Source: Lama glama
Lineage: Eukaryota
Direction: 5' to 3'
DNA length: 64,000 nt
NCBI GenBank assembly: GCA_028534125.1
Contig: CM052816.1
Location: 22,384,001 to 22,448,000, forward strand
The position numbers and the translations under genes were made by a program. Below, one piece after another: positions 13,000 through 25,384 of this stretch. Under the pieces are notes generated by a model that saw nothing but the letters and a program-made list of their open reading frames with translations, did not search any database and had not been told where the DNA came from. The stretch's first letter is position 1. Each line of letters starts with the position of its first letter.

Positions 13000-13910
13000 T
13001 GAATGCGGGGCCAAGTCCTAAGGGATTTGATTCCGACCCCTGCAGGGCCATCACTTCCCAAGCTGGTCAGAGCACTCAGGTCTCGCGAATCTCTGCTCTG
13101 TCTCGCCAGCGTTACTTTTGGCAAGTGATTTTGCCGGGACTCAGCTTCCTTGGTTCCCAGACGTCTGCGCACCTTCTGGTTATCTGAAGAAACCTTTCAC
13201 CCCATCGGATGGCTGCAGCGCAGGGCTGCCTTGGTGTCTCGTAAACTTTCCAAGGATGTGAAACGGGTCCCTCACGCAAACACGCGGTGTGGAGAGGGAA
13301 CGGGGTCAGAACTCAAGTCGCAGGCTTGCATCGCGGGTAAACACGGATAAAACCAGTACACTATGTAGGAGGAGCCCGGTGCGGTCCTCCCTCCTCCACA
13401 CCTACATAAACCCCCTACTGCCCTTCGGGGTCAGTCACGGGCTCCTCAGGTGTAACGGCCACACCCTCCGTAGAGGAACCTGAACCCCAGCTTCAGAGAC
13501 TCCAGACTCCGTTCGCAAGGCCGCGCTCTTACCCTCCCCGTTTACTTTGCACCCAACCCCTCCCGGGGCCCTGTCACCTTGGCCGCCTGACCCATGGCTC
13601 TCCTCACCGCTGCGGCTACCTCTCCAGCGGTCGAGTCGCCCCGCTTCTCGACAACCAATCACCGCCTGGCGTGGACGGTCCAACCCCTTCCGTCGCCACA
13701 GTCCTATCGCACCACAACCAATCATTACGCAGCACCTCCTTCGTAGCCCCGCCTTCCGTGAAGGGACAGGCGAGAGGAGTTGCTAAGCCGGTGCCCTCTG
13801 GAAAAATCGCGAGAAGCCATCAAGACCAATTACAGGAGAGTAAACGAACGGAAATCACCTGGACGCCATGTTACTTAGGGGCACAGTCACTTCCGGCCAT
13901 ATCCGAGGCA
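13000..13910 (-). promoter_or_regulatory. LYRM7: LYRM7 CpG island / TATA-less promoter
   Basis: CpG-dense. CCAAT at 13655, 13718 and 13826; GC box at 13746; TCGCGA at 13807; YY1-like CGCCATGTT at 13864; ETS-like CACTTCCGG at 13888. Confidence 0.85.
13578..13595 (-). CDS. LYRM7: LYRM7 coding exon 1 (MGQAAK); mitochondrial complex III assembly factor / Rieske protein chaperone
   Basis: Minus strand reads gagccATGGGTCAGGCGGCCAAG|gtgaca: strong Kozak context, 18-nt coding exon, GT donor at 13577-13576, inside a CpG island. Joins exon 2 in phase 0. Confidence 0.93.
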
Positions 13911-15100
13911 ACCTCTGGTGGTGGAGTGTGGCTTGACATTTAATGTGTGGATTCCATACCTTTATGCCATTACCTCCTATTTGGGGCTTGGGGTTATCTA
14001 TTAAGGAACCATTATTTTAACGTTTCCCAGTTGCAAATGTGTCATTGCAAAAGTGCATAAATAAGGACCAAGCCCTGACAGCTACAGCAGGCACTGATTG
14101 GAACGTTGACTCCCCAAAGCGCTAATCTTACATTATCGCACTTCATTTCGCCAGAAGGTGAGGTTGAGTTACTTGCTAAAGACCACCCGGCTAGCAAATG
14201 GAGGTCTGGGATACAAGTCCCTCTGACTGACCTGAAAGCTTATTTAGTCTTACCCTCTACATATCGTGCCTACTCAACTTGCCTAACTCCTTGGTTTTGC
14301 TAGTCAAGATGTTGTAAATGGATAGTTTATTAGCAGCACCTAGATTATAAACAATCATAAAGCATTTAAGTACATTTAATTTATGATTTTGCAAGCATCC
14401 AGAAAAATCTCAACCTTGTTCCCATTTCATAATCACCTTTTTCCTTTCCGTACCCCCACAGGTTAACTTTTAGGGGAAATTGACTTTTTTTCAGGTTAAT
14501 TTTTAGGTAAAATTGACTTTTTATTAGGGATGAAAGAGTTGAACTAATGGATCTCTAAGACCCTTTTCCTTCCCTGTGATTTATGTCATTTTAAAGAATA
14601 TTGCAAGGTAACAACTGACTTTTTAAAAATTAAAATGCATTAGATTTGTGAAACTTTAATATGAGCAATTAATTATCAAATACTGTCTTTTATACAGGAA
14701 ACAATAAATTAGATGATCTTGTGACACTGCATTGTAGTGCCTTCCGATTGCTAATGAATGATTCAAAGATTTATTTTCAGTTTCAGTTTAGAATCATAGC
14801 CCAATTTCCTGAACACATAATTTATTGTTATAATTTCTGGGTAACCAGAGTCCTGTATTCAGTTAACCAAAAATATTTATCTGACAATATTGGAAAGTAT
14901 CGTTTCCATGGTGCCCAAATCAGTTCAGTCCTGATGCTTTGCTACTCTTAATCGGTATGGTTCCTTAAGCTGTTCCGTAAATGAGGTGACTCTTTTGGTT
15001 TTTCTGGGTGTGTGTCCTGGTTTGCTGGCATCTCAAAGTGCGGGAGCCAGAACTGAACAGGAATTTCAACATGTTCATCATGTAAGGTCATGGAGCTATC

Positions 15101-15770
15101 TGGTAGACAGAATTATGACCTCCAAAAGATATCCCTATATAAATCCTAAGAAATTCTGAATATATTATTACCATATATGACAAAAGGGACTTTGCGGATA
15201 TGATTAAATTAAGGATTTTAAGACAGGGAGATTATCTTGGGTTGTCTGATGGACCCAGTGTAATCACAAGGATCCTTGTAAGTGGAAGAAGGAAGCAGAG
15301 TCAGGGAGAGGTTTGCATATGCTCCTCAGCTCGGGGCTTTGAAAGTGGAGGAAGGGGCCACAAGCCAAGGGACACAGATGGCCTCTAGAAGTTGGAAAAG
15401 GAAAGGGAACCATTTTCCCTAAGAGCCTCTGGAGGGAATGCAGCCCTGCTGACATCATGATTTTAGCCCAGTGAAACCCAGTTTGGACTTCTGACTTCCA
15501 GAATGCCATTTGCTTGCGGACCTTTACATCTTCAAAGCCAAGAGTGAGTGGAGCATCTTCCATCTTTGACTTTCACCCCTGCTTTCATCATCACATCTCC
15601 TTGTCTTGAGTTTCATTCTGCTATTTCCCTCTTTCATTTAAAGGAGCCCCTGTGATTATATTGGGCCCACCTGAATAATTGAGGCATCTCCCCACCTGAA
15701 GACCTTTAACTTAATCATATCTGCACAAGTCCCAGGGATTAGGTCATGGGAATCTTCTGCCTACCATACC
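15101..15770. mobile_element. MLT1 LTR fragments (plus piece ~15101-15505, minus piece ~15505-15770)
   Basis: MLT1D-like gggagattatcttgggttgtctgatggacccagtgtaatcacaagg and tggcctctagaagttggaaaagg. Confidence 0.75.
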
Positions 15771-15779
15771 CAGTTTGGG

Positions 15780-17510
15780 TGAAGCTGGTCAATAAGGATG
15801 AAAGGAAAGGAAATGAAGGAGGAGATGCATCCATGGGTTTGATCACTTAAGAGCCCTGTAAGCTTAGGTCAATATTTTATGTTTAATTCTGTGATGCAAT
15901 CAAAGCCTTACCAGAAGGAGAGTGACTTATATTTTATAAAAATCATTTTGGGTGCTATATGGTAAGTTGATTGTAGTGGCAGCAGATATGCAAACTAGGA
16001 GGTTCTTGAAGTACTCCAAGTGAGATAAGATAGTGACTTGGATTCGGATGGTAGAGTAGAGAAGTTGAGAAATGATTTGATTCATATGAGCTGAAAATCC
16101 ACAGAGAAGAGTTTAGGATAATTTCAAGGCTTTTGACTTGAGCAATTTGATGGATGGTATTATAGTAGATCTAGACTGCAGAAAGAAGAGGCTTTTTGAT
16201 TGTTGTGGAGGGAGTAAAAATAAATTTGAAGTGCCTACTGGAGGTGGTGAATAGGCAGAAATATATGCCATACGCCAATCTGGAATTAAGGGGAGAGGTA
16301 GTTCAGGAGATAAACACTAGAGAGTTACTGCTCTGTAGATGATAAAGCCTCTGACTGAGTATATATAAAGATGACTATATTATTTATTGCCCAAACCAGT
16401 ACAGATCCAATTTTTAATTTTGACAATTTCAGTCTTACAGAAAAGTTGCAAGAATAGTAGAATTTGTATATGGCTTTCACTCATTTTCCCCTAATGTTAA
16501 CATTTTACAACAATTGTTTTATCCTTTTCTCTACTTATCTGTATGTTAATATTTAAGCATCTCTTTACTGTTTGAAAGTGAGGTGCAGACATGACACCCT
16601 TACACTCCTAAATACATCAGTGGGTTTTTCCCCCTACAAAGAAGACATTCTCTTACATCAGTGGTTCTCAAAGTATAGTTCTTGTGTAGCAGCAACTGCA
16701 TCCCTGGAAACTGCTAGAAATGTAAATTATAGGGCTCCAACCAAGATCAACTGATTTTGATAATTTTCCTGTGGTTAGGTGGGGAAATTAACATGACTTT
16801 CAAAACTATCTTCTAATTTGTAGGCATTATTTAGATTTCACCAGTTGTCCCAGCAATGCCTTTGATACCAAAAGTACCAAATGGGCCACTTTTACGATTA
16901 AAGGGGGCCACTATTAATAATTTCGCCAAAATAAAGTGGTAAAGATATAATTTTTCACAATAAGTACACCTGGAGATTACGTGTTAGCTAGAGAAGAGAG
17001 CCAAGAATGGAATCCATTAAAAGGTATTGAACAGAAGGCTCACTGTGAAGGAGAAATAGCACCCATAGAGGTAAGAGTGAAGACTATTTCTGAAGAGGGA
17101 ATGGTCGACGATGGCAAACGATGCCAAGAGGTCAAGTATGATGAGAACTGGAGTTACTTACAGGATTTTGTAAGTGGAGGTCCTTAGTGACTATGACAAG
17201 AGGTAAATGGTTTCAAAAAAGACAGATAAAGTGGGCACAATATACAGAAAACTCTTAAGATGAAACAAGGACATGGAGGGGGACCTGGGGTTAAGAAAGG
17301 TTTTGTTCCTTTAGGGTGGGGCATCTTACATTATGTTGATCACTGCTATAAAAAAATTATTTGCAGAGTAGTCAAGGGAGGTTTACAAACTACTGATATG
17401 TGGGTTCCACCCCCAGAAAGTCTAACTGATTTGGGGGTGGCCAGGTTCATGGGGAGTTTTTACATGCTCCCCAAGTGATTTTAACGTGCTGTCAAGATTG
17501 AGAACCACTG
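15780..17510. mobile_element. L2, old L1 and MER5-type fragments between the two CpG islands
   Basis: L2-like purine-rich tracts; MER5-like cagtggttctcaaagt (16659) and gattgagaaccactg (~17500). Confidence 0.6.
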
Positions 17511-17699
17511 CTAGAGGGAGAAGAAAGGTTGATGGGGGAGGGCTTAGTTGTTGCAACCAAGACCTAAGTAGCCGAGAAATGAAGTTATCATGGTGTCTCT
17601 GGCAGCAAAAATGGCCAGCACTGCCTGGATTATCAAATCTTTTCAGTTACAGTTCCACGTTTCCTACAAGCGTGCATAAGGTAAGAGAAAAGCGTATGG

Positions 17700-18760
17700 C
17701 AGTAACTCCACGCCACGAGAGACAAGAACGGAAGAACGAAAAACGACCTCGGTGCGGCTCCCAAGGGCCTCGGATCTAGAGCCTCCATTCAGCTGGGTCA
17801 CGCCGGGTGGTTCCCGCAGAGGTCCAGCGCCCAGCCGCACCACTGCCGCACATCAGCGCACGTCGCTAGTGCGCACGCGCAAGGGCAGCTGGGGCGCGCG
17901 AGCGGCGGTCCCCGCGCAGGCTTGGCCGCGCGCTCCCGCCCTCTGCCCGCTCCCCCGGCTCCTCCCTCCTGCCGAGCTTCTCCTCGGGGCTGGCCGCACG
18001 GGAGAGAGGCCGCGATGGCAGATGAGATCGCCAAGGCTCAGGCCGCCCGGCCTGGTGGCGACACGATCTTCGGGAAGATCATTCGCAAGGAAATCCCAGC
18101 CAAAATCATTTTTGAGGATGACCAGGTGGGCACAGGGCGCCGCCTCCCTCGTGGGCTGAGGCGGGGCAGCCGCCCGTGGACGCGTGGGTTTCCCGCGGAA
18201 GGAAGGGAAAGGAAGGGTCGGGGGGCGCCGCAGAGGAGGGAAGGCAACCGGTCGCCTCGCGCGGTCTCTGCCGCCGGCCCCCAGCCAGCGGGCAGGGCCG
18301 GGGCCGCTCCGAGGCGGCCTGCCGGCGCGTGCCGGCGCTCCGGTTACGCGTTATCAGCCCCGGGCGCGGGCCAGGCCGCCGGGCGCTCCCGGGCCCGCAT
18401 TGCGGGGTCTTGGCTCGTGGTTGGGCGCGCCGGGTCCTCGGCGTGGGCGCCCGCCGCCTCCCCAGCTGCCCCGGACCTCGCCCGTGTCAGGAATCGCACA
18501 ATCTCGCCAGCGCTCTGCCTGACAGGGAGAAACCCGATCGCGCCCTGACTCGGGCCCAATCTCCGCGATCTCCCGCGCACAGCCGGCCTGCCCGGCGCTC
18601 CCCGGCGCCTCTCCGCACCGCATTGCGCTAGAGAGCCAGGGGCGCACGGCCTGGGGACGGCGCGGGGCGCAGACGCGCTGGGCGGGCGGAACACCTCCAC
18701 CAGGGCGGGCTCCCCAACGCCACCCTCCAAACGCCACCTCGGGCCGCGCGGACTGAGATG
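17700..18760 (+). promoter_or_regulatory. HINT1: HINT1 CpG island / promoter
   Basis: Very GC- and CpG-rich, spans exon 1. Exact NRF1 consensus TGCGCACGCGCA at 17870-17881. Confidence 0.88.
18015..18125 (+). CDS. HINT1: HINT1 coding exon 1 ([37 protein letters not shown])
   Basis: gccgcgATGG Kozak context, 111 nt, donor gtgggc at 18126. Recognisable HINT1 N-terminus. Confidence 0.99.
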
Positions 18761-20153
18761 AGAGTGGGCCTGCTTCTGGGATTTGCTTTCCTTTGGTCCC
18801 TCCCGGGAAAAATGGTTGCTTTTATATTTTACAGGATGCAATTTTATTATGCCAAGGGATTAAGAATGTAGTTTCTGTTGACTTTACTGTAGGTGAAACT
18901 CTTGTTTCTGAAAGGCCGAGTTGATCTGACTTTGAGACATCTTGTATAAAATATTTAGTGGGCGGTTATATTTTTGGGTTTGGATCTCAGATAAAGCTGG
19001 ATACGAAGGCTAGCTGCATTAGATGTTTTGTAAACTTAATAAATTAGCTTTATGAAATATAGACTATAAGGAAACATTTTATGCTACTAGTAGCATTCTT
19101 AGATTCAAAATAGTAATTCCTTTAAGTGAATTTAAATCTTTGTCAGGGAAGTTCTTTTGCTTTAGAAAATGCTTATTTCTTTAAAAATATTTTCAGTTGC
19201 TTTTAATCAGTGATCGTTTAAACATTGACTTTTGAACCACCTAAGTCCCAACTGTATTAACAGCATGAAGCAATCTATGATACAGCATTTTGCACAGAGT
19301 GCCAAGCAGAATTACTCCTGAGACAGTTGAGCGGGGATAGATAGGTTCTATTAAGCAGCTTCCACCTTCACTAGAGAACAAGAGATTGAAAACCATTCAA
19401 GCGGTATGTAATCTAAATGTTACTTAGCTCTTCATTTCTACAAAAGAGAACAGGTATATTTCTTAAATAGCGGAGTAAACTGGGGAAAAATCGGTGTTAG
19501 TCCAATATCAGGCAAATTTGTAATTAAATTGATCACTGCCATAAAGGAAAATACCCAGGAAATTGCACAGCCAGGGCTCCTGCCCTAGGGAAGGTGGGGA
19601 CTCGAATCAAAAGATTTCCTTTAGAAATGATATATACACTGGCAACTGAGGAATGAATAGTAGTTTTAAGTTAGACCGAAGGTGGGGTCGGGGGAGAGCA
19701 GTTCATTGCAGCAGAGGGAGAAGCAGTTGAAAAGCCCTGAGGGTAGAGAGACAGACATGTGACTTGAGCAGGAAGAGCTGTGTGAGATCAGACTGGCAAG
19801 GTAGACAAGGATTAGCATGATAATTCTACTCATCTTTTTGAGTTTGGTTGAAATGTAACTACCTCAGAGTCTTTGACCACCCAGTCTCATCAGGTTTTTC
19901 TTTGATAATCATTTACTGCACACTTTATTTTTCCTTTGTAACATGTAGGATCTTTGGTTAATTTTACTTTTATTCGTATAAAGCAAATCTTGCCATTAGA
20001 CTGTAAGTTCCATGAAAAGGACTAGAGGACCACATTCTGATTTCCTAGCATTTATTACACTGTTTCCCATGGGGTTAGTGTGAAAGAATGATAAATTTAG
20101 CCTGTAAGATTACATATAAAGTGCTTGATTTTTTTCCCCCTCCTTTTCCCTAG

Positions 20154-20378
<225 letters not shown>

Positions 20379-21341
20379 TAGTGCTTCAAAGCAATGTATA
20401 AATAATGCGATATTTTTAGTGAACTATAGTTGACATATAACATTATATTAGGTTTAGGTATACAGCATAATGACTCGATGCATGTGTATATTACAAAATT
20501 ATCATTACGGTAAGTTGTTTAACATCCTCACCACAAGATCTTAAATAAGAGTTTTAAGCAAGGATTAGTTGGTGAGACTCATTTTTTACCTCAAGTAAGA
20601 AGTATATCATACAGAAGAGGGTCCATTGGCTCTTCTATTAATGCTGTTAAAGGAAAAAAAGTTGATTTTTGCCAGGAGGTACAGGCCTCAATTACAATTT
20701 TTGCCTAACGCTCTTTGTGGTAGATTGTATAATTGTTCGTATATACTCACTATTCTGTTTAGGAGTGTGTTATACTGCTGGCCTTCTGGTCATGAGTACA
20801 GGCAGAAGTGAAATGACTTTTGAATAGAAACTTTTAAGAGCTAGCACCTGCTTTGCCATGTGCTCTCTACCCTCTGCCACTGAGATCGTACAGAGACTAT
20901 TCCATCAACCTAGGTTTCAAAGTGAAAAAGATGTGGAATATAGAGCCTCGTCAACTTGTGAAGAACATGCTGTGAACACAAGAAATGTTTTTGTTGTAAA
21001 CCAGATTTGGGGGTGGTTTGCTACCACAGCATGAACACATCTATCCTGACTGATACACTGCCCCATAACAAGAAAGCAGGGTGTCTTATTTTATTAGGAA
21101 GACTTAAATACCACTTGGAATAGGATTTAAAAATTGTTTTAATTGAGCAGAGTTAAACCTCTAATTTGTTTATTGAAATTAGTAATTAATAAATACCTAA
21201 TCTTACTGGGTTTTTAATTGTAGATTATATTATACTAGGATTAAAATATTTGTTTTATATATTTCCAGATATTTTCCCAAAGCCTGTTTCATTTTGGCAG
21301 TTTTTTAATTTAATATTTCAACTTAATAGTTTGTTATATGA

Positions 21342-21557
<216 letters not shown>

Positions 21558-21687
21558 GCATGCTTAGGGATAATTTTCTCTTTTCTAGGCAGTGATCAGG
21601 TTCGCAAGTTCCAATATGCTAAACAGTTCACTTATTTGTGCCTGTCTATGGAGAGATTGCAGAAATTTAAAAAAAAAACCTATATAT

Positions 21688-21693
21688 AATAAA
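21688..21693 (+). terminator. HINT1: HINT1 polyadenylation signal AATAAA
   Basis: AATAAA about 130 nt after the stop codon, followed by T/GT-rich sequence. Confidence 0.8.
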
Positions 21694-22905
21694 AGACATT
21701 GTTGCATGGTCTGAATTCTGTATTTGATTTATTTTTAAAAATACATTTGTTGGAATGTATGAAGGTGGAGCTCATAATTTGGAAGGTTTTTGGTTTTCTC
21801 CCCAAGGAGGACTCAACATATGTACATGGCTATATTGGTGTGACTGGCCTTTAAAGACAAATTTACAGATTTTGTAAGTTTAGCTTTAGCTTTAAAATAC
21901 TCTTTTAGGGTAAAAATATTAATCCAGGAGATTTTCTAATCCAGTCCTCTTATTTTCTAAGAACAAAGGAGTAGGTGATGTGATTGATACAGAAAAGTTA
22001 ACTTTTGGGTCTAGAAACAATGCTTTTTGTCCAGCTGACATGTTTCCCCTGGTCTGTTGGAGTAATTTGGAAGGGATGAAAGTAGATTTGTCACAGAATC
22101 TTTGATGACCATGTGAAGCTATTAACAATGGTAGCAAAACTATTTTTAAGTTGTGCATGACTCCGGCTACGTTCAGTTAGGAGGGGTAATCTCAGGGTCT
22201 GAGTTCTCCTTATGAAGACTGACCACCAGTTTTTTTTGGTCTTGTCATGCACCCCAGCCTTTCTAAGGTTATGCAGGGCAAATAGTTTGGCTTTGCTTTC
22301 CTTCATGTAGGCACTTTCCAGCTTCTAAAACTGATTTAATACTTCTTGTCTGCTTTTTCTCTTCTCTCATCCTCTCTGTGCTTTTGGGTTCTTTCCATTT
22401 TTAATCTTTAAGACCACTTTAGTAGATTGACACATTTTATTGCAAGTTGTTTTTCTAAATTTTAAACTTTGTTAGTGATTTAAAAAAATTTTGCAGGGGT
22501 GCATTAGGGATATTGGTTGTATATGTCTTACAAGTAATTTTTTCTGTCATTTTTTTTACTTTGTTCATGGTGTTTAAGATATTTGTATAGTTAATATATC
22601 AGTTTTTTAATTCAAAATTTAAAAAGCTTTTCCCCCCTCCTGTGGGAGGATTTATAAAAAATTGTTTTTTCCCCTAATACTTTATGGCTTTGTGTATTTT
22701 TATGACTTCTTTTTTAATGGGGGAAGGTCTGGGGAGGAGTTTTGGAGGAATCTGTGCCACTGTAAAGAATGTAATAATGACAGAAGCGTATGTACTATGT
22801 ATAACAGGGTTGAGCCTGCATATTCGGGCATATTAACTTACCCACTGATTTCCTCAAACTAGTGCTAATCATACAGGTAGACAACTGCTAAGTTGTCTTT
22901 CTGGT

Positions 22906-23722
22906 TGTGTCGGGATCTTTCTGTCTAAAATGGTTCTGAGACTCAATTTCCCTTGTGTGCAGGGGAGTGAGTTTCCCACAAAGCACCAGGTAATTCTCCA
23001 GATAACAGCTAGAAGTTAAGCTCAATTCTGACACTACCCAGAGATGGCATCAAATTCCACAGGTTAAGGGTTAAGTCCTACAAGACTCCCATCCCCCGAT
23101 CCCTCCAACTTCAGAGGACATTCACAAGCTTGGGTTGCTGCCTGTGCTGCTGAATGACTGGCTGGAAATCACAGGTTCCCAAGACTCCCCTCGTTAACTT
23201 AATTAATTTGCTAGAGAGCCTCACAGACTCAGATAAATGTTTTACTTACTAGATCACTAATTTATTATAAAAGGATATAACTCAAACAGCTAGATGGAAG
23301 AGATGCATAGGGCAAGATATGGGGAAAGGGTAAGGAGCTTCCATGCTTGCTTTGGGTGCACCACTCTCCCCAAATCTCCACATATTCACTGACCCGGAAT
23401 CTCTGAAAAACAGCCTTTTGGGTTTTTATGGAGGCTTCATTACTTAGGAATGATTGATCAAATCATTAGCCACCGATAATGGATTCCACCTCTAGCCCTT
23501 TTCCCCTCCCCGAGGTCATGGCCGGGTGGGGGGTGGGGTGCTAAAAGTTCTCATCATTGGATTGATTCTCCCCTCCTTAGGTTACCTAAGGGTGGTACAA
23601 AAGTCACCTTGTTAACAAAAGACCTTTATCCCCCTTATCACTTACGATAATTACATGGGTTTTAAGAGCTCTGTGCTAGAAAGGGGGATGAAGATCAAAT
23701 ATATATTTCTTACTATAAATCA
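22906..23722 (-). mobile_element. MER21-like ERV1 LTR
   Basis: caattctgacactacccagagatggcatcaaattccacaggttaaggg and terminal gagctctgtgctagaaagggggatgaagatcaaatatatatttc. Confidence 0.75.
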
Positions 23723-23769
23723 AACCAGCCTTCAACAGATGTATGTCAGATATTCACCAAACCTCATAG

Positions 23770-24540
23770 GGTAGCCAGTCTCCAAGATAGCCCAGGGACA
23801 CCCCCACCTCTGGAACCTTCACCCTTGTGTAATCTCTCATTGAATCAGAGCTAGTCTGTGCAACCAACAGAATGGCAGAAGTGACGGTATGATTTCTGAC
23901 GCTAGGTCACACAGTGCTTGTGGCTATGGCCGAGGACACTCAAGCAGCCCGGTGGGAAGTCCTATGTTGGGACGAACTGAGGCCTCCTGCCAGCAGCCAG
24001 CAATAACATGTCAGCTATGAACAAACCACCCTCAAGTAGATCCTCCAGTACAGTCAAGCCTTCAAATGACTGCAACGTCATGGGAGACTCCAAGGCAGAA
24101 CCACCTCACTAATCTCCCAAATTCCTACTGGACAGAAATTAAGACATAATCCATAATTGCTGTAAGCACTAAATCTGGGGATAACTTGTTACACACAGCA
24201 ACAGATAAACATACTCTTTTCCTTAGCATGTAGCTAAACGGCATTTCCCTGCATCCCTTCAGCAATGTGAGGGCATGTGCGAGGAACTGATGTACGCCAT
24301 TTCAAGCACCAGAAAAATCTCCTATGCTATCCATCCCCCATGCTTTCTCTTTTCCTTTGTCTACTGGCAAAATGCAGAAAGGCTCCAGCAGAGGACAGTG
24401 AGCTGTTTGGTGGAAAAAGCTTGAGTTTCTGATTGAATGGGGCAGTTATCATTATTCCTGACCTACATTAGAATTTGTGTTAAGCCACCGAGATTTCAGG
24501 ATTTAGGTAACTGCAGCTAAGATTATTTACCATAATTAAG
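23770..24540 (+). mobile_element. MLT1 LTR(s)
   Basis: gaactgaggcctcctgccagcagccagc ... taagccactaaatctggggataacttgttacacacagcaacagataa. Confidence 0.75.
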
Positions 24541-25384
24541 ACAAGCTCCATGATTCACAAGTGGTGAAATTTACTCTTCTGCATAAGGTGGCTTGGGATT
24601 TTAACAATCATGGCTGCCTAATTGATTGTCCTACCCTTCAAATTATGTAGTAGGGTGAGACTTATGTAAGTAGGGTTAGAACTTGGAGCTAACAGTTGGG
24701 CTTATGAGCAGAGTGTATACCAGTTTCTGTGGGGATCACAGTAGCATAGCTTGATGGAACTGAACTGAGAGGGAGGCTGCATGGGAAATGACTCCTATCT
24801 TTCAACATTAAATTTTATAGTTCAGATCTGAAGTGATAGATTCAGACCATTCAGAGGACTTAGTTTATCACTGAGAAAATCTGCTTGAGTAAGCCACTGA
24901 GAAAATCAAAGTAGCCTTTAACTTCATTTAAAGAAATATGTTATTTTTCATCTGTGTAGGTTAGAATTAGCCTATGTATTACATAAAACAGGTTTAAACA
25001 GCCTCATTTTTCTCTCAAGTTAAGCCCTGTTAAGGAAGCATTCCAGGGCTCTTTTGGAAACTTCGTAATACCAGCAAGTATTAAGGTTCCTATCTTTCTG
25101 TTCTGCTATGCTTAGCATTTGATTTTTATCCTCAGTGTCCCTTCACAGTCCAGTTGTCCGCTGCCGCTCTACTTAACAGATCCTCTCATCAGAAAGAAAA
25201 GGAAAGAAAAATGGCAAAAAAAAAGTTATATGCCAGCATTATAAAGAAGGTTCTAAAGAAGGTTTTCCCAAGTTCCCTCAACCTCTTCCACTTAAATATC
25301 ATTTGCACCTCAAGCTATAAGAGAAGCGGGATACCTAGCCACCCCGTGTAAAATTAGAAGTGAATAAAAGTGGAATAGGTGTTT

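Noticed and set aside
13435..13943. ORFs of 79-96 aa over the LYRM7 promoter
   Set aside because: CpG-island chance ORFs with no recognisable homology.
17752..18841. Several long overlapping ORFs (up to 208 aa) around HINT1 exon 1
   Set aside because: These arise from stop-codon scarcity in the GC-rich CpG island. Only 18015-18125 is coding; the rest is low-complexity R/A/G/P sequence.
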